Of a DNA stretch of 64,000 nt, positions 25,896 through 39,640 are shown piece by piece; within the stretch, counting starts at the first letter, position 1; each line of letters opens with the position of its first letter. Source of the stretch: Octopus sinensis (lineage: Eukaryota); assembly GCF_006345805.1 (NCBI RefSeq), contig NC_042998.1, positions 63,054,001 through 63,118,000 on the forward strand, read 5' to 3'. The notes below the pieces were generated by a model, which was not told the origin of the DNA, searched no databases, and saw only the letters and a list, made by a program, of their open reading frames with translations. The translations under genes and the position numbers were made by a program.

Positions 25896-27862
25896 TAGTT
25901 ACCGTCAAATACCTGTAAGCTGGTGTAACTATAATAATTCAACTGGAAGAAAGAGTTTTAATGTATCACCATTGAAATAAATTCTTTGTTATTCTATTAT
26001 GTTTTACTAACAGACATTATCTAACACTTTACGCCTTTCTGATTTCCATATTATCTATATAAGGTTAATACAGTTGTCAATAAATTTCTTTTGTTAGAAT
26101 TTCCCATTTCTATGTTCCCATCGCAGACCCGTTCAGTCATTCACCCATAAATAATCTATACTGATCCAACACCATTTAACACATGAGATTGAATATGTGC
26201 AAGCTATGTGCTTCTTAGCCAGGGGAATAATGTATAACATTGGCCACGCTATGCAGGGTCGTAAGCGGCGCATATAATCACCAGAATTCTCTAAAAAATG
26301 ACATTCATTAATGTCACAGAGAAGAATCTATCTCATTTAATAAACGAGGAATTTTTCAGCATATAACTCTCAATTCTTCAAAACAGCATTGATATCGCAC
26401 AAGAATGATACCGATCGTCTGAAAACTTTCAGTATATCAAACATTACTTGTTCAACGCGAAATTTACACACAAGCGGCAACAGACAACGGTCGCACAAAT
26501 GCTGGAATAACTTCAAGTTACACAATGAGCGATCAAAATTTTAAAATGCGGGTTACACTTTTAATAATTTAAAATAATCAGAACAATATATCATTATATG
26601 TCGGTTGATAAAGTAGACAATCAAATCTATAGAATATAAACTAAAGATAAAAGCCATGAACATCAATTGTATTCTTAATTGCTTCTCTTTTACGGCCTTG
26701 TACCTAGAGAAGGAAAGAAGTGCTCCTCTTTTAATTTATGTACAGTAAATTTAGTGCGTTATTGATGAATTTTCCTTATTGATGGATTTTCCTTAAAAAT
26801 TACAACGTAGCAGTTTGATTTCTATGGGTTACAGCGTTTTTCGTCGTATCTACGTTTATTTCAAAGTATCATTCGACGCTATAGTAGCATTAGATCAGCG
26901 ATACACATTCTTTATATTTATATGCATAAAATTTTGCATTTCTATAAATATTTAAATTTAATATTCAGCTTTAATATCATGTGTGTATTTTATTTAATGT
27001 TACGCATTTCATCTTACAGAATGCAAAACATTTTTTTTCTCAACGGTTATGGATATTATTTTCCCGAGCTATATTTTAGAGAAACGATGTCGATAACTTT
27101 AATAGCCTTTTTGGTTAAAAGACATTGCATTTAGACTTTATAGACAGCGCCAGTATTTTATTACGATCGAACCAAGTTTACGGTTTCAATTTTTCTTTCA
27201 AAAATAATGGATCTTTATGGGAATAAACTAAAACAGTACCATCTGTAAAGATAATTATTTAACTCCATTAGCCCTTGTGAATACACGGTTGCGTTGCTAT
27301 AAAGGATATGCTCATTAAATGATAAAAATTCAAGCACTGAATATACATTTTATTTCTGGTTAGTTTGATGTCATGTCCAATACTATTTTATGAATTGTTT
27401 TCTTTGACTTAAATATGGTAGTTATTTCGTTCTTATTGAGGTGAGGCTTCGTAGTAGATTTTGGTAAACTATGCTATCAGAAATATTTTACATTACCAAG
27501 ATGAAACACTTCTATTCATAAATATTTATTTTCCTCCCTGTTATGTTTGTGAGCAAAGAAGTTCATTCGCCCACTTCGAATTAATCATTTGCGGATGAAA
27601 TCGTACAGTTCGTTGTTTACGGTAAGAAGTCACATATGCAAAATAGTAAATTTTAAAGTTCATATTTATGTAACTAAGCAAATAACAATAAAATACCCTT
27701 TGAAGTGTTCAAAATCTCAAAACAAGAAGCAAGTTAGTATATCGCCGATAAATAAAATTATATGACTGGATTTTCCATGCTATAGAGTCAATAGAGGTGA
27801 AACAAAGGTCGGTTTGTCAACTTATACTTGTATATTTTTATTATAAAATCGTCCCTACATTC

Positions 27863-27904
<42 letters not shown>

Positions 27905-27907
27905 CTG

Positions 27908-28196
27908 AATAAAGTTAAAATATGGTCTGGTTTTCACGTTTTTTATTATGGTATTTTAACATTAAAAATATATTTTGTGAGCGGATTGGTGAAAACCGTA
28001 TTAAAAAAATTCAGCTTGTTGGAGCGTTCTACAGTTGTTAAGAACTCAACAATCAGTTAAATATATTTTGAAATCTGATGATTACTACGAACGTATGAAA
28101 GCGCTAATTGAACTTTATGAATATTGCAAAATATTTTTTTAATGTTAAAATACGATATTAAAAAATATGTAAACCGGACCATGTTTTAAGTTTATT
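27908..28196. mobile_element. About 290-bp element with about 70-bp imperfect inverted ends enclosing an HHR
   Basis: 27908-27977 is the imperfect reverse complement of 28127-28196; next to (TA)n at about 27866-27901. Confidence 0.65.
28072..28109 (+). ncRNA. Minimal type I hammerhead ribozyme (CUA triplet)
   Basis: AAT-CTGATGA(28075-28081)-TTAC TACGAAC GTAT-GAAA(28097-28100)-GCGC-TA-ATT; palindromic stem III AGCGCT. All core nucleotides are canonical. Confidence 0.75.
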
Positions 28197-28817
28197 AAAC
28201 TGATGTATTATTCTATACACATTCACACAAATTCGGAATACACACACACACATACACACACACATGCACACACACGCACATACATATGCAATAGACACTA
28301 AATTGACTAAGGATGAAAGTCTACACCAGCATTACTAAAAGTATCCGAAATCATTGATGACCTGACCCTCTGCTGTAGGGAGGTTGTCTCCCTTGTCGGT
28401 CAATAAATAGTGCTCTGTTCGTGGCTAAAAGTTGTTTTGACTCTTATTTCTAGTCCTACTGGTGCTGACTTGCAACCATAGTCACTTTAATTGCGATTGT
28501 ACTTGTGCCTTTGCTTTTAAATTGCGAGTAACCACCTTCATATTTTACAATTTTCACTTTACCATTCCACTGAATCAGGCACCGATTCCTATGATGTTTG
28601 TATAAACTGACAAGGCGAGTTACATTAGCCCTACGCTACGGAGCAGTATGCGAAATCTAACGCCCTAGCTTGTTGTAGGTTGGTGGTCTCCCTCGTCAGT
28701 CAATAGCTAATTGCTTTGTTCGTAGCTATACTTAGTCGAGGCACACTTAGTCACTTTAGTGACGAATATACTTGTGCCATTTAGTTTTAAACTGAAACTC
28801 GCTACATTGATAATGTA

Positions 28818-28890
<73 letters not shown>

Positions 28891-29969
28891 GTATATATAT
28901 ATATATATAACCAGAACCATGTTGTTAGCAAGCAAGCTACTTACCATACAGCCATTCCTGCGCCTGTTTAATTGTATTTAATATATACGAACTAAGAAAT
29001 AGGTTACATCACATTTGCTCTTAGTCGTCATAGCAATTTCCTATATAAGAACAAAGCCTGAAAGTTTGGGGAGAAATAATCATGTTCGCGAACTAATCAT
29101 CAGACATCCTTTGTCCCAAGCAGAAACTGCACGAGCAATCAGAGATATTGCAAGCACTTTTTCTAAATCCATCACGATGTCCGAAACTCTTCCGTTCCAT
29201 CAGTCGGTATCTCAGAGTCACAAGCACTTCGCCCCTTAACTTTTACACTTCGCATCAGCAGGGCTGCGAGCACTGAATTAGTTTTCACATCTGGAAGGGT
29301 TCCAGTGGCGGTCTCTTGTCAACCTTAACCATCTTTAGCTGGTTTTAGCCGCTACACCTATCGTCCCTTAAAAGATGAAAAGTAAAGTTGTACTCAGTGT
29401 GATTTGAAATCAGAACATAAAAAGAGCCATAAGGCATATCGCAAGACGTTCTGTCCTCCGTCAACGATCTCAGTAAACTCATTTCGGTTTTGATAACATT
29501 TTCCGTATGAACAACATGACAAATTGAATCTACAAATAAATTTTTTACATATTTTTTATGGCCGTTCAACATATTGACTTACAATGAACATTTTTCCTAT
29601 CTTATTTTCTTATGTTTTAAATAAATTTTCACCATAAGTTTCAGTTGTCTCACGCGTTAGTTTATTCATAACTACCATTCCTTTTGTACAAGTGTAATAA
29701 GTGAGATATCTACTTTTATGAACCGGCTCTTTGGCAGTCTTTTACATTTGTTTATATGTTTATGATCAATAATCTTTGATGTTACATTTTCCGCTCCCCT
29801 GTCAATCTTCTATTAATACTTTTCAAGTTGTTCCAACATGTTTCAATATTTCATTTGCAACAAATTGGGTTCTGGTTTGTACAAACTAATATGAGACTTT
29901 TTTTATTGTAATACCCGAGGGTTCTCGCAATTGTTATTTAGAAAGTTTTTACTCTTATATAGGAATATA

Positions 29970-30140
29970 CACAGGCGCAGGAGTGTCTGTGTGGTAAGTA
30001 GCTTGCTTACCAACCACATTGTTCTGGGTTTATTCCCACTGCGTGGAACCTTGGACAAGTGTCTTCTACTATAGCCTCAAGCCGACCAAAGCATTGTGAG
30101 TGGATATGCTAGACAGAAACTGAAAGAAGCCTGTCGTATA
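29970..30140 (+). mobile_element. CORE-like tRNA SINE
   Basis: AGGCGCAGGAGTGTCTGTGTGGTAAGTAGCTTGCTTACCAACCAC...CCTTGGACAAGTGTCTT. Confidence 0.8.
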
Positions 30141-30189
30141 TATGTATATATATATGTGTGTGTATGTGCATATGTTTGTATAGTGAATG

Positions 30190-30360
30190 GGGGAAAGCTT
30201 GGTCTGCAATGTTTGCAGTCGTGTATGCTTGTCAAGAGCAGGGCTCATTAGCTACCAACGGAGTCGAAATGCAAAATATAAGTTAGTCCTAGAGCGCGCA
30301 ACGTTTCTGAAGGTCAGCAATGGTATTCCACGGACACGAGTGGACGGCCAACAACAACAT
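30190..30360 (+). mobile_element. Possible RTE-type LINE 3' fragment
   Basis: CNVCSRVCLSRAGLISYQRS resembles the C-terminal C2H2-like motif of RTE ORFs. Confidence 0.4.
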
Positions 30361-30464
30361 GTATGCATATATATATGTATGTATATATGTATGTATACAT
30401 GTATGTATATATGTATGTGTCAGGTCACCTTCGAATGCTACTGGTAACATGTAACCCAGTATAA

Positions 30465-31010
<546 letters not shown>

Positions 31011-31549
31011 TATATGCTATAACTTATATTATAGATTAGCAAACATTACAGATTAGACGATGTTTGCGTTGACCTCAAAGATGAGTTGGTTCTTGAGTGC
31101 AGCGGGGCAATGGACTTCCGTGTAGTGCAAGAAATATTCGTAAAGCATGAAGAGGCAACAATCAACTAATGCATTTTAAATGTATAATCATGTTATGATG
31201 AAACATTAAAATTATAATATCCAAATTAATAATACGGTAACAATAATAATAATTAAAATTACTGTCTCGATAGTCAGAGAATTGCCTTCAGTATTGATCA
31301 AAATCGCTGCTCTGGTCTCAAGTTTAATGGTTATGTTCCTATAATTGTGGCCTTTTATCTTTTCAGATCCGGCAAGAAGAATATCTGTCCAGGGAATAGC
31401 TTTGAGTAAATTGTTAGAAGACGTTCGGGATGGCATACGGCATCTATACAGTCTCTGTTCATTCTGAGTTCAATTCAGAACCCATCAGGGACCTTTTATT
31501 CTTCAGTAATAGGAGCCACGATTGACAGTTAAAATTGGTTTCACATTTT

Positions 31550-31980
31550 CGCACAAGGCTAGCAATTTCAGGGCGGGGTGTAAGTCGATTACATCGACCT
31601 CAGTGGTCAGCTGGTACTTATTTTATTGACCCCGAAATGATGAAAGGCAAAGTCGACACCGGCTGAGTTTGAACTCAGAACACAAAGACATATGAAATGC
31701 TGTTAAGTATTTTGCCCGGCGTGCTAGATATTCTGCCAGTTCGCCGCCTTATATGTGCCTGTATATACTTTACTATTCTAGGCGCAAGGCCCAAACGTTT
31801 TGGGGAGAGGGCCTGTCGATTAGGTCGACCCGAGCACGCAACTGGTAATTAATTTATCGACTGCAAAAGGATGAACGGTAACGTCGACCTCGGTGGAATT
31901 TGAACTCAGAATGTAAAGACAGACGAAATACTGCTAAGCATTTCGCCCGGTCTGCTAATGGTTCTGCCAGCTCCTCGCCG
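31550..31980 (-). mobile_element. Two tandem tRNA-derived SINEs (abundant family)
   Basis: Two copies with GTCGAC...TTTGAACTCAGAA, the reverse complement of the B-box region. Confidence 0.8.
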
Positions 31981-33309
31981 TCTATGGTGGTGGTATATTA
32001 ATATGAGAATTGATATATTTTCGAGATTTTAACTTTACCTTTTAGTTATTTATTTCTTTGTATTCCGACTGAATAGGAACGAATACGACAATACGAACAT
32101 GAAATCTACTAGAAAGAGGAGTCAAAACGTAGTCAAATCACACCTATTTATTTTAAAATGTATAAGGGATGCATTAACTATCCTGCATCGGGAAATTCAG
32201 ACTTCGATATTCCTTAAATTATTTGATAATTCCTAATCTCCATTAACCCTTGTGAATACATAGTAACTATAAGCAATATGCTCATTAAATGATAACAATT
32301 CAAGCACTAAATATTCATTTAATTTTTGGTTATACGACTCAAATTATGGGATTTAATATCTTCGATGAGAAGTGTATTTGATCATAGTTGGACCTTAGGC
32401 TAAGAGACAACAACAACAACAACAACTACAACGATAACAGAAACGAAAGTTGTTCACAAATGTCAAAAGATAGAAATAGGCATTGCAGTCCTTAATATAC
32501 TGCTTTCATTATTACTGCGCATAAATGTACACACTGCGTTGCACATATTTTCTTTATTGCCAGTTGCAAATATTATTTCGTACAGTTTTATGTAATTCGG
32601 TTGCTCTTTCTAATCACGATGTAGTCTTCTATAGTTTCACTAATTCCTAACCCTCAATACATCAAAAGAAGTGTTTAACATGTCTACAAATTCTATTCTG
32701 TATTTCCAGATTTTAATACTTGAAATTCTTTATAGGTGATGTTGAAATATTCCACTGTTGCATCTATTATTGATTTTCATGTAATTTCACCCTGTAATAA
32801 CTGGAGATAGTTTTATTAGTGAAAAGCCAGTTGTATTGATGTAAAGCGTGGATTTTCGTTCTCTTACGTTTTGGCAATAAGATATAGAACGCAAAGTGAA
32901 CCAGAAGTATGAGTATCTGGGATGGATGAACAGAACGGAACGGTTTCAATTTTATTATGATGCCGGATTGGAAAGTAGATGTTTTGCAAACAACTTGCAC
33001 GTGCAAGTGCTACCAGTCGAAAACTCCGCATACCGGAAGCCAGTAAGTGCATGGGGCCATCAGGAGAGAATGTGCGCTGTTTCAGGGCCTACCTCTCGAC
33101 GGCATCAACGCACACCGGCCCTCCTAACTGATATGAGACCCCGTTAGCTAGATCAAATGATTATTAGATAAAGCTCAATATTCTTCTAGCCATCGCTCAT
33201 CGACTCTTTTTAACCAAATCCAGTGGCTAGCCTTTTTTCCGCTGTAGTTTGGATATCGGTCATGATGGTATTTACTTTACGATGAATATTAAAAAAATTG
33301 GTTTCAAAC

Positions 33310-33519
33310 TTTGGCACTAGGCTAGCAATTTCGTAGGCCGAGAAGAGTTGATTACATCGAATCCACCTCCTAGTAGTCAACTGCTACTTATTTTATCGAT
33401 CCTGAAAGGATGAAAGGATGAAGGCAAAGTCGACCTCAGGGTAATTTGAACTCAGAACGTAAGGACGGACAAAATGCCGCTAAGCATTTTCCCCGGCTAA
33501 CGATTCTACTAGCTCGCTA

Positions 33520-33550
<31 letters not shown>

Positions 33551-33690
33551 GGAGAGCTACAAGTGCCTAGGGGTAACTGCAGGGAATGGAATAAGGAATT
33601 CAGTGATGAAGGAAAGGCTCAGGAGAAAATGTTATCGCAGAGTAAGAGCAATACCCAAGACAGAGCTGAATGCAAGATTCAGGATCGAAC
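33310..33690. mobile_element. SINE (-, 33310-33520), (AAT)n, then a short R4/Dong fragment (+, 33550-33690)
   Basis: The Dong piece YKCLG...RRKCYRRVRAIPKTELNARFRI matches 34535-34620. Confidence 0.75.
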
Positions 33691-34094
33691 CTCAAATTGC
33701 GGTATTTAATATCTTCGATGAGAAGTGTATTTTCTAAGAGACAGCAACAACAACAACAACGAAAACACATGGGCCAAGCATCCCTGGCTTAACACCCATT
33801 GCAGAAAGTGCAAAAGATTGTCTTAACTGGTACGTGACACGTATTGAGAAGAGCATCGTCGCTATGAATTTTCTTTCTTTTTCCCCTTTATTTTATTTTT
33901 TTAGTAGTCTATTTTTTATTTTTCCCTTTTTCTCTATCACATGACTTTGTAAATGAACACTCTGGTGTGTTTCTTTTAATGGCCTAACAATGCATACAGT
34001 ACATTTCTCTGCCCTATGCGTCAAGAAGACGCTCGGCACCAAATGGAAACAAAACTGAAAGAAGATGCTAATGAAAATAATAATAATAATAATA

Positions 34095-34147
<53 letters not shown>

Positions 34148-34164
34148 GTGATGATGATAATAAT

Positions 34165-35940
34165 TTCATGTGGCATTTTCCAGTTTGATTCTCTATCCCC
34201 ACTCCTCTTTTGTTTAGCCTATATGCTTCTCTAGAAATCGCTCGATGAAGTACGATACGGTTATAAAATGTTTGACAAAAATACAAATCGTCTCATTTAC
34301 ATGGATGATTTAAAATTCTTTGCAGAAAATGACCAACAACTATGGGGCTTACTTGCGATTGTTAAACAATTCAGTGATGACATCAGGATGGCCTCGATAA
34401 ATGCTCAAAAGCTACATTTATCAAAGGAAAAATGACAAACATCCAACGTTAATCTCGACCAGCAGAATGTCATAAAAGAGTTAGAACCAGCGGAGATATC
34501 TAGGTGTATTGGAAGAGATGGAATCAAACATTCAGTGACGAGGGAAAGGATCAGAAGAGAATGTTATCGCAAGGTAAGAGCAATACCCAAGCCAGAGCTG
34601 AATGCAAGATTCAGGATCGAATCGATCCCTATTTTAGCCATACCAGTCGTAACTTGCAGTTTCAATATCATTAACTGGTCATTTACTGAAATATGTAATC
34701 TTGAGGGAAAAATACGAAAATTGTTGACAATGCATAGAATGCACCACTCTAGGGCAGATATAGAACGACCTTACCTGCCAAGAAGAGAGGGAGGCCGTGT
34801 ACTTTTACAAATAGCAATAACAATGAAGATTGCCACAATGGGCCTAGACACCTACCTGAAAAACACTGATCACTGAATGTTAAAACTTGTCTCAAAACAT
34901 GAAAACAAGAAAGCATCATACTCAGTAAGAAAACAAGCAAAAGAATAAGTGAATTCCAAAAACAGCAAATTTCAGAATTAGACGTACTGGAAACAAGCAC
35001 AGAAAAGGCTAAGCGTATGAAAACCCGTGCTGAAACTGCTGCCTTGGATATTCTTACAGATAAACGGCAAGAAAAACCTCTCAATGGCAAATACCCAAAA
35101 AGAGTTCATAGTTTCGATGTTGACAAAGCCCTGCACATCAATGGTTCGTGTCTTCTGGCTTAAAATTAGAAACATATGGGTTTAGCATAGCAACCGAAGA
35201 TCAATGCCTACCTATAAGAAACTAACACGCCAACTTATTAAAGAACGGCAGTTGCCCAAAATGTCGTGTATGTCAACAACAAAAAGAAACCATTGACCAT
35301 GTCGTCTTCATGTGTTGTTTTCTTGCGCCTACAAAGTATCTCAACAAGCATGATAGAGCTGTAAAATGTATTCACTTGGTAATATGCAAAAGCCTGGACT
35401 TGCCCCATGATAAAAACTGGTGGAAACACAAACAATCTCCATTGCTTGAAAATGGTCACATCTCACACCTCTACAAGCTCACCAGACAGAAAGATAGATG
35501 CGAATAGGCCAGACTTTATATTGACAGACTCCAGACAAAAATCATGCCTCTTCATTGATATGACTGTCCCAATCGATATAAATGTATCTATCAAAACCTA
35601 CCAAAACTGAGCAAGTATAAAGATCTTGAAACAGAAATTTGCAAAATGTGGCACCTCAAGACAAAACTAAAACAATACCTGTTGTCATAGGTGCCCTAGC
35701 TCAGATACCAGGAAACCCCAAAATGGCAGAAATTCAAAATATAGTGCTCTTGGGAACTGCCCATATCCTACGTAAAATAACGTCTATGTAATGTCAAGTT
35801 TTAAAACAAATTCATATTTTTTAATGATTTTTTAATCATTCTCTAGAACAATACTTTGTGCAAAATCAAATATATGACACCCTAGGAATAATACCAACAT
35901 GAACTTCTAACTTGTTGACTCTTGAGGTCTCTGGAAATAT
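34165..35940 (+). mobile_element. 5'-truncated, decayed R4/Dong-clade non-LTR retrotransposon (RT + restriction-like endonuclease)
   Basis: GIFQFDSLSPLLFCLA; YMDDLK at 34298-34315; KHDRAVKCIH; RPDFILTD...FIDMTVPID; terminal TAHILRK. Starts right after (AAT)n. Confidence 0.9.
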
Positions 35941-36151
35941 TAATGTAAACATATAATAATTATAGTACTGCCCACATCCTTAGAAAATCCCACTCCAATT
36001 AAACATCTGGGCTGTATTACATGAACTTATTACGGTACTTCCCCTCCCTAAGCCATCAGTCAGACTATAACATATCTTATACTTCACTCGTCCAAGAACC
36101 CTGGGTTTGTCTCTGAGAGTGACTGTAACAAACATGCTGATTGTAAGTAAA

Positions 36152-36210
<59 letters not shown>

Positions 36211-36244
36211 TTACTACTACTACTACTACTAATAATAATAATAA

Positions 36245-36285
<41 letters not shown>

Positions 36286-36349
36286 ATAATAATAATAATA
36301 ATATTATTATTGCTATTATAATACCTCCTTTAATTTTATATTTCCTGAA

Positions 36350-37580
36350 GGATAACATGTCAGTGTGGAATATAAGTCTCCAAATATATCACCCTAATGG
36401 TATAATGACTACAACCAATATTGATATCAGCCGTAGCATATCTCAAGGTGACTCACTTTCACCTCTAACTTTTTGCATGGCTTTAATACTCCATACTTAT
36501 GAACATAACAGAACAGTGTGTGGGTACAAAATTGACAAATAAGAAAATAAAAGGAAAAGCCATCTATCTTATATGGATGGCTCAAAACTGTATGGCTGTA
36601 ATATTGCTCTAATTCAGTTCTGACTAGGTATCGAACTAAGTTTGGGCGCCCTTTCGAAATGCCTTGTTTGGAAAGTATGTGTCCTAAATATTCCACTTTG
36701 GGTTGGTCGAATTGACACTTGGCGTGATTTCGAATCTCACCCTCGTCGCCAAAATAACTCTGTTATGTTTTAATACAGACTTATCCACGGGAAATTCCGT
36801 GCAGCCTTAATTCGCCAAACTGAAAGTGGAATATTTGGGACACATACTTTCTAAACAAGGCATTTCGAAAGGTCGCCCAAACTCAGTTCGATACCTGGTC
36901 AGAACTGAATTAGAACAATATAACAATGGCAGAGACAATAATTAGCTTGAATGCCTATTACGTACTGTTGAAGCATTCAGTGATGATATCGAGATTTTGT
37001 CTTGATAAATGTGCCAAAGCCACTTTCAATACTTCATATTCAGTGGTGTTAGAAATTGAGCAGGAACAAACTATAAAATACCTCGGAATCAATGGAGGAT
37101 CTGCTATTAAGCATGGAAGCATGAAAGAGAATGTCATAGGAGAGTTCGCGCTGTTCTGAAATCTGAGCTAAATGCACGTAACAAGGTATTAGCCATAAAG
37201 TCCTTACTAGCTCCTGTTGTTATTTATACTTCCAATGAGTTTAACTGTAGTATCAGCGAAATAAAAGAAAATTAACAGGGAAATCCGTAAGCTGCTGACT
37301 TGCAATAAGATGCACCACCCTAAGGCAAAATCTTATAGTCTTTACATTTCCAGAGCTTAAGGAGGTCGAAGCTTGATCAAATTTTAAATCTCTTGCAAAA
37401 CCACCACAACTGGACTGGCAAATATCTTCAAGCATTTGACGATCGGATGCTAAAACTCGCTGAAAATCACGAGAGACGTAAGAAACTTCATTCTCTTATG
37501 GGTACCTAGGTTGAACAGCAATATGGAAGTGCAAAGAAGATGAAATCGATGAGAAATTAAAAAGCATATTAGCAATGGGC
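36350..37580 (+). mobile_element. Decayed R4/Dong RT fragment interrupted by a 329-bp insertion
   Basis: ISQGDSLSPLTFCMAL; LECLLRTVEAFSDDI; DKCAKATF; ELNARNKVLAI. Follows an (ACT)n/(AAT)n tract at 36150-36310. Confidence 0.8.
36597..36925. mobile_element. Foldback non-autonomous element: TGTAA...TAACA ends, about 110-bp TIRs, 5-bp TSD ATGGC
   Basis: ATGGC at 36592-36596 and 36926-36930. Removing the element restores the Dong reading KLYGRDN. Arms encode VEYLGHILSKQGISKG. Confidence 0.85.
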
Positions 37581-37877
37581 TGATAGAGGGGAAGAAAACT
37601 TCTGCATGGCATAATATGTGGTTTGTAGCAAACGAGCTGATGCAGACCAGAAACACACTCACCAATGGCGTTGTCGTCAGGATGCAAACAGTTGGTAGAG
37701 TTACTGCAGAGCATGAAGCATGGATCAGTTATACCTAAGCCAATCCGTCCGAAAGGTTGAAAGATAAATTCGAGCGCAGCGAATTGGGACAAATGATGTG
37801 AAAATATTGTCGTTGTTTTTAACACTCAGAGCGAATCTGAATCTTCGACACTTTAGCGAGACACAGGCATGCACATA

Positions 37878-38722
37878 CGTGGTCGGATCAATAAGTATCT
37901 GGCGTGTTGCCATAGTAACAAAGCTAATGCAAACACAATAAAGTTGCTTGGCACAAATAGACCTTGAACTCTGCAGCGCATTTGCACAAAGTTACGGCGT
38001 TCTAGCTCACTCTGCGCTGTTTACATTAGTGTTTAGAAGGAAGGTGTGGAACGTGTGGTCATCACATTGGCCACGATAGAGAAAGTTGAGTACAGAATCT
38101 GCATCAAATACTTGGCGATACCTGCTCAGCGGCCTACGCAAAGTTTTCAAAAAGAGTTCATCGTTCTCAGGATGATATTGTGGAACTGAAACCCGAGTGT
38201 CTTTTTGGTCAGCTGAAATCAGTTTTGGCACAAAATTGGCAGACACATGTCTCATGCCCAAATCTTCAGTGATAATGGACTGAACTGAATCGTAACTAAT
38301 CTGCACATCCTCTAATGACTCAGGGATGGTGATTCGAGGATTTCTCCCCAAAGCTGCACACACGTCTGCGATGTTTTTCTCAGTTCTGCTGGTTGCGGGT
38401 CTCCCAGAACGTTCGTCAATATCGACATTTTTTAGTTATCATGGAAACGTCTGAACCACTTGTACACTTGTGTGCAGCTTATGCTCTCCTTTCAATAGAC
38501 TTTCTGTAACTTTGCTGCAGTCTCTGAGCAGGTTTCGCCATCAGAACGTTCTGTGTCATGGGCAATGCGATAATCACACGCTACATACCTTCCTTCCAAG
38601 CACTGCTGTAAACAGAACGTTAAAACTTAGTGAGCATGCACAGCAGAGTTCAACGTCAATCTTGGCCGTGCTTTAGCTTCGTAACAATGGCATCAGTCCG
38701 GACGCTTATTGATCAGACCTCG
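37878..38722. mobile_element. Rearranged non-autonomous mariner element
   Basis: TA-flanked TIRs CG(T/A)GGTC(G/T)GATCAATAAG. Both ends are about 230-bp copies of the same end. Internal - strand transposase piece SIITEDLGMRHVSANFVPKLISADQK. Confidence 0.8.
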
Positions 38723-39127
38723 TATATATAGAGAAATGAACAAATTTCTACACGTACATAGCTACATATGTTCATATATTAGCTAATTTACATATCCGCA
38801 AAATCAAAGACATGCTTTCACCTACAGAGAAGAGCCTAACTGCTGTTGTTAAGCAAATTAATTCTCTCTGTAAACAGGCCTAGCGTATGTGTCCCCACGC
38901 AAAATATCAGAAGACCGGATTCGAGATTATCCTGATCAAATATATCGCTAATGTATTTAAGAAAAAAATATTTGATTAATCTTAAATATTCAATTCAGTC
39001 ATGTCCAGTAGAAGTAAACCGAACGAACTCATTCAGCATTACAAAAAATATGTTTCGCAAAGAAAACTTTATAATTCATTATAGTTATATAGTTATGTGA
39101 ATGGCTCTGTTAAGTTATGTTGCCAAA

Positions 39128-39261
<134 letters not shown>

Positions 39262-39292
39262 ATGATGTATCTATCTATCTGTCTATCTATCA

Positions 39293-39338
<46 letters not shown>

Positions 39339-39375
39339 ATATCTATCTATCTATACACACACATATAAATACATA

Positions 39376-39421
<46 letters not shown>

Positions 39422-39479
39422 CATGCATACATACATATATATATATATATATTTGTGTGTGTGTGTTTTTCAAGAGGTA

Positions 39480-39640
39480 TCAAAAAACAAACAGAAGAAC
39501 AAAGAGACAGAGGCAGATGACGGGAACCACAAACAAAATGTGTTTGCTAGATGCAAAATGTGTTTGTTAGATGCACAGGAGAAATGGAAGTCTTTAATGT
39601 TTCGAGCCTACGCTCTTTGTCAGGAAGGAATGAGAAGACA
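39480..39640 (-). mobile_element. PLE pLTR-like repeat with a degenerate HHR-like motif (39592-39627)
   Basis: Reverse complement CTGACAA-A-GAGC GTAG GCTC-GAAA-CAT-T-AAAG. Confidence 0.55.

Noticed and set aside
28350-28800. Two diverged direct repeats about 300 bp apart
   Set aside because: Too decayed to classify; no functional motif seen.
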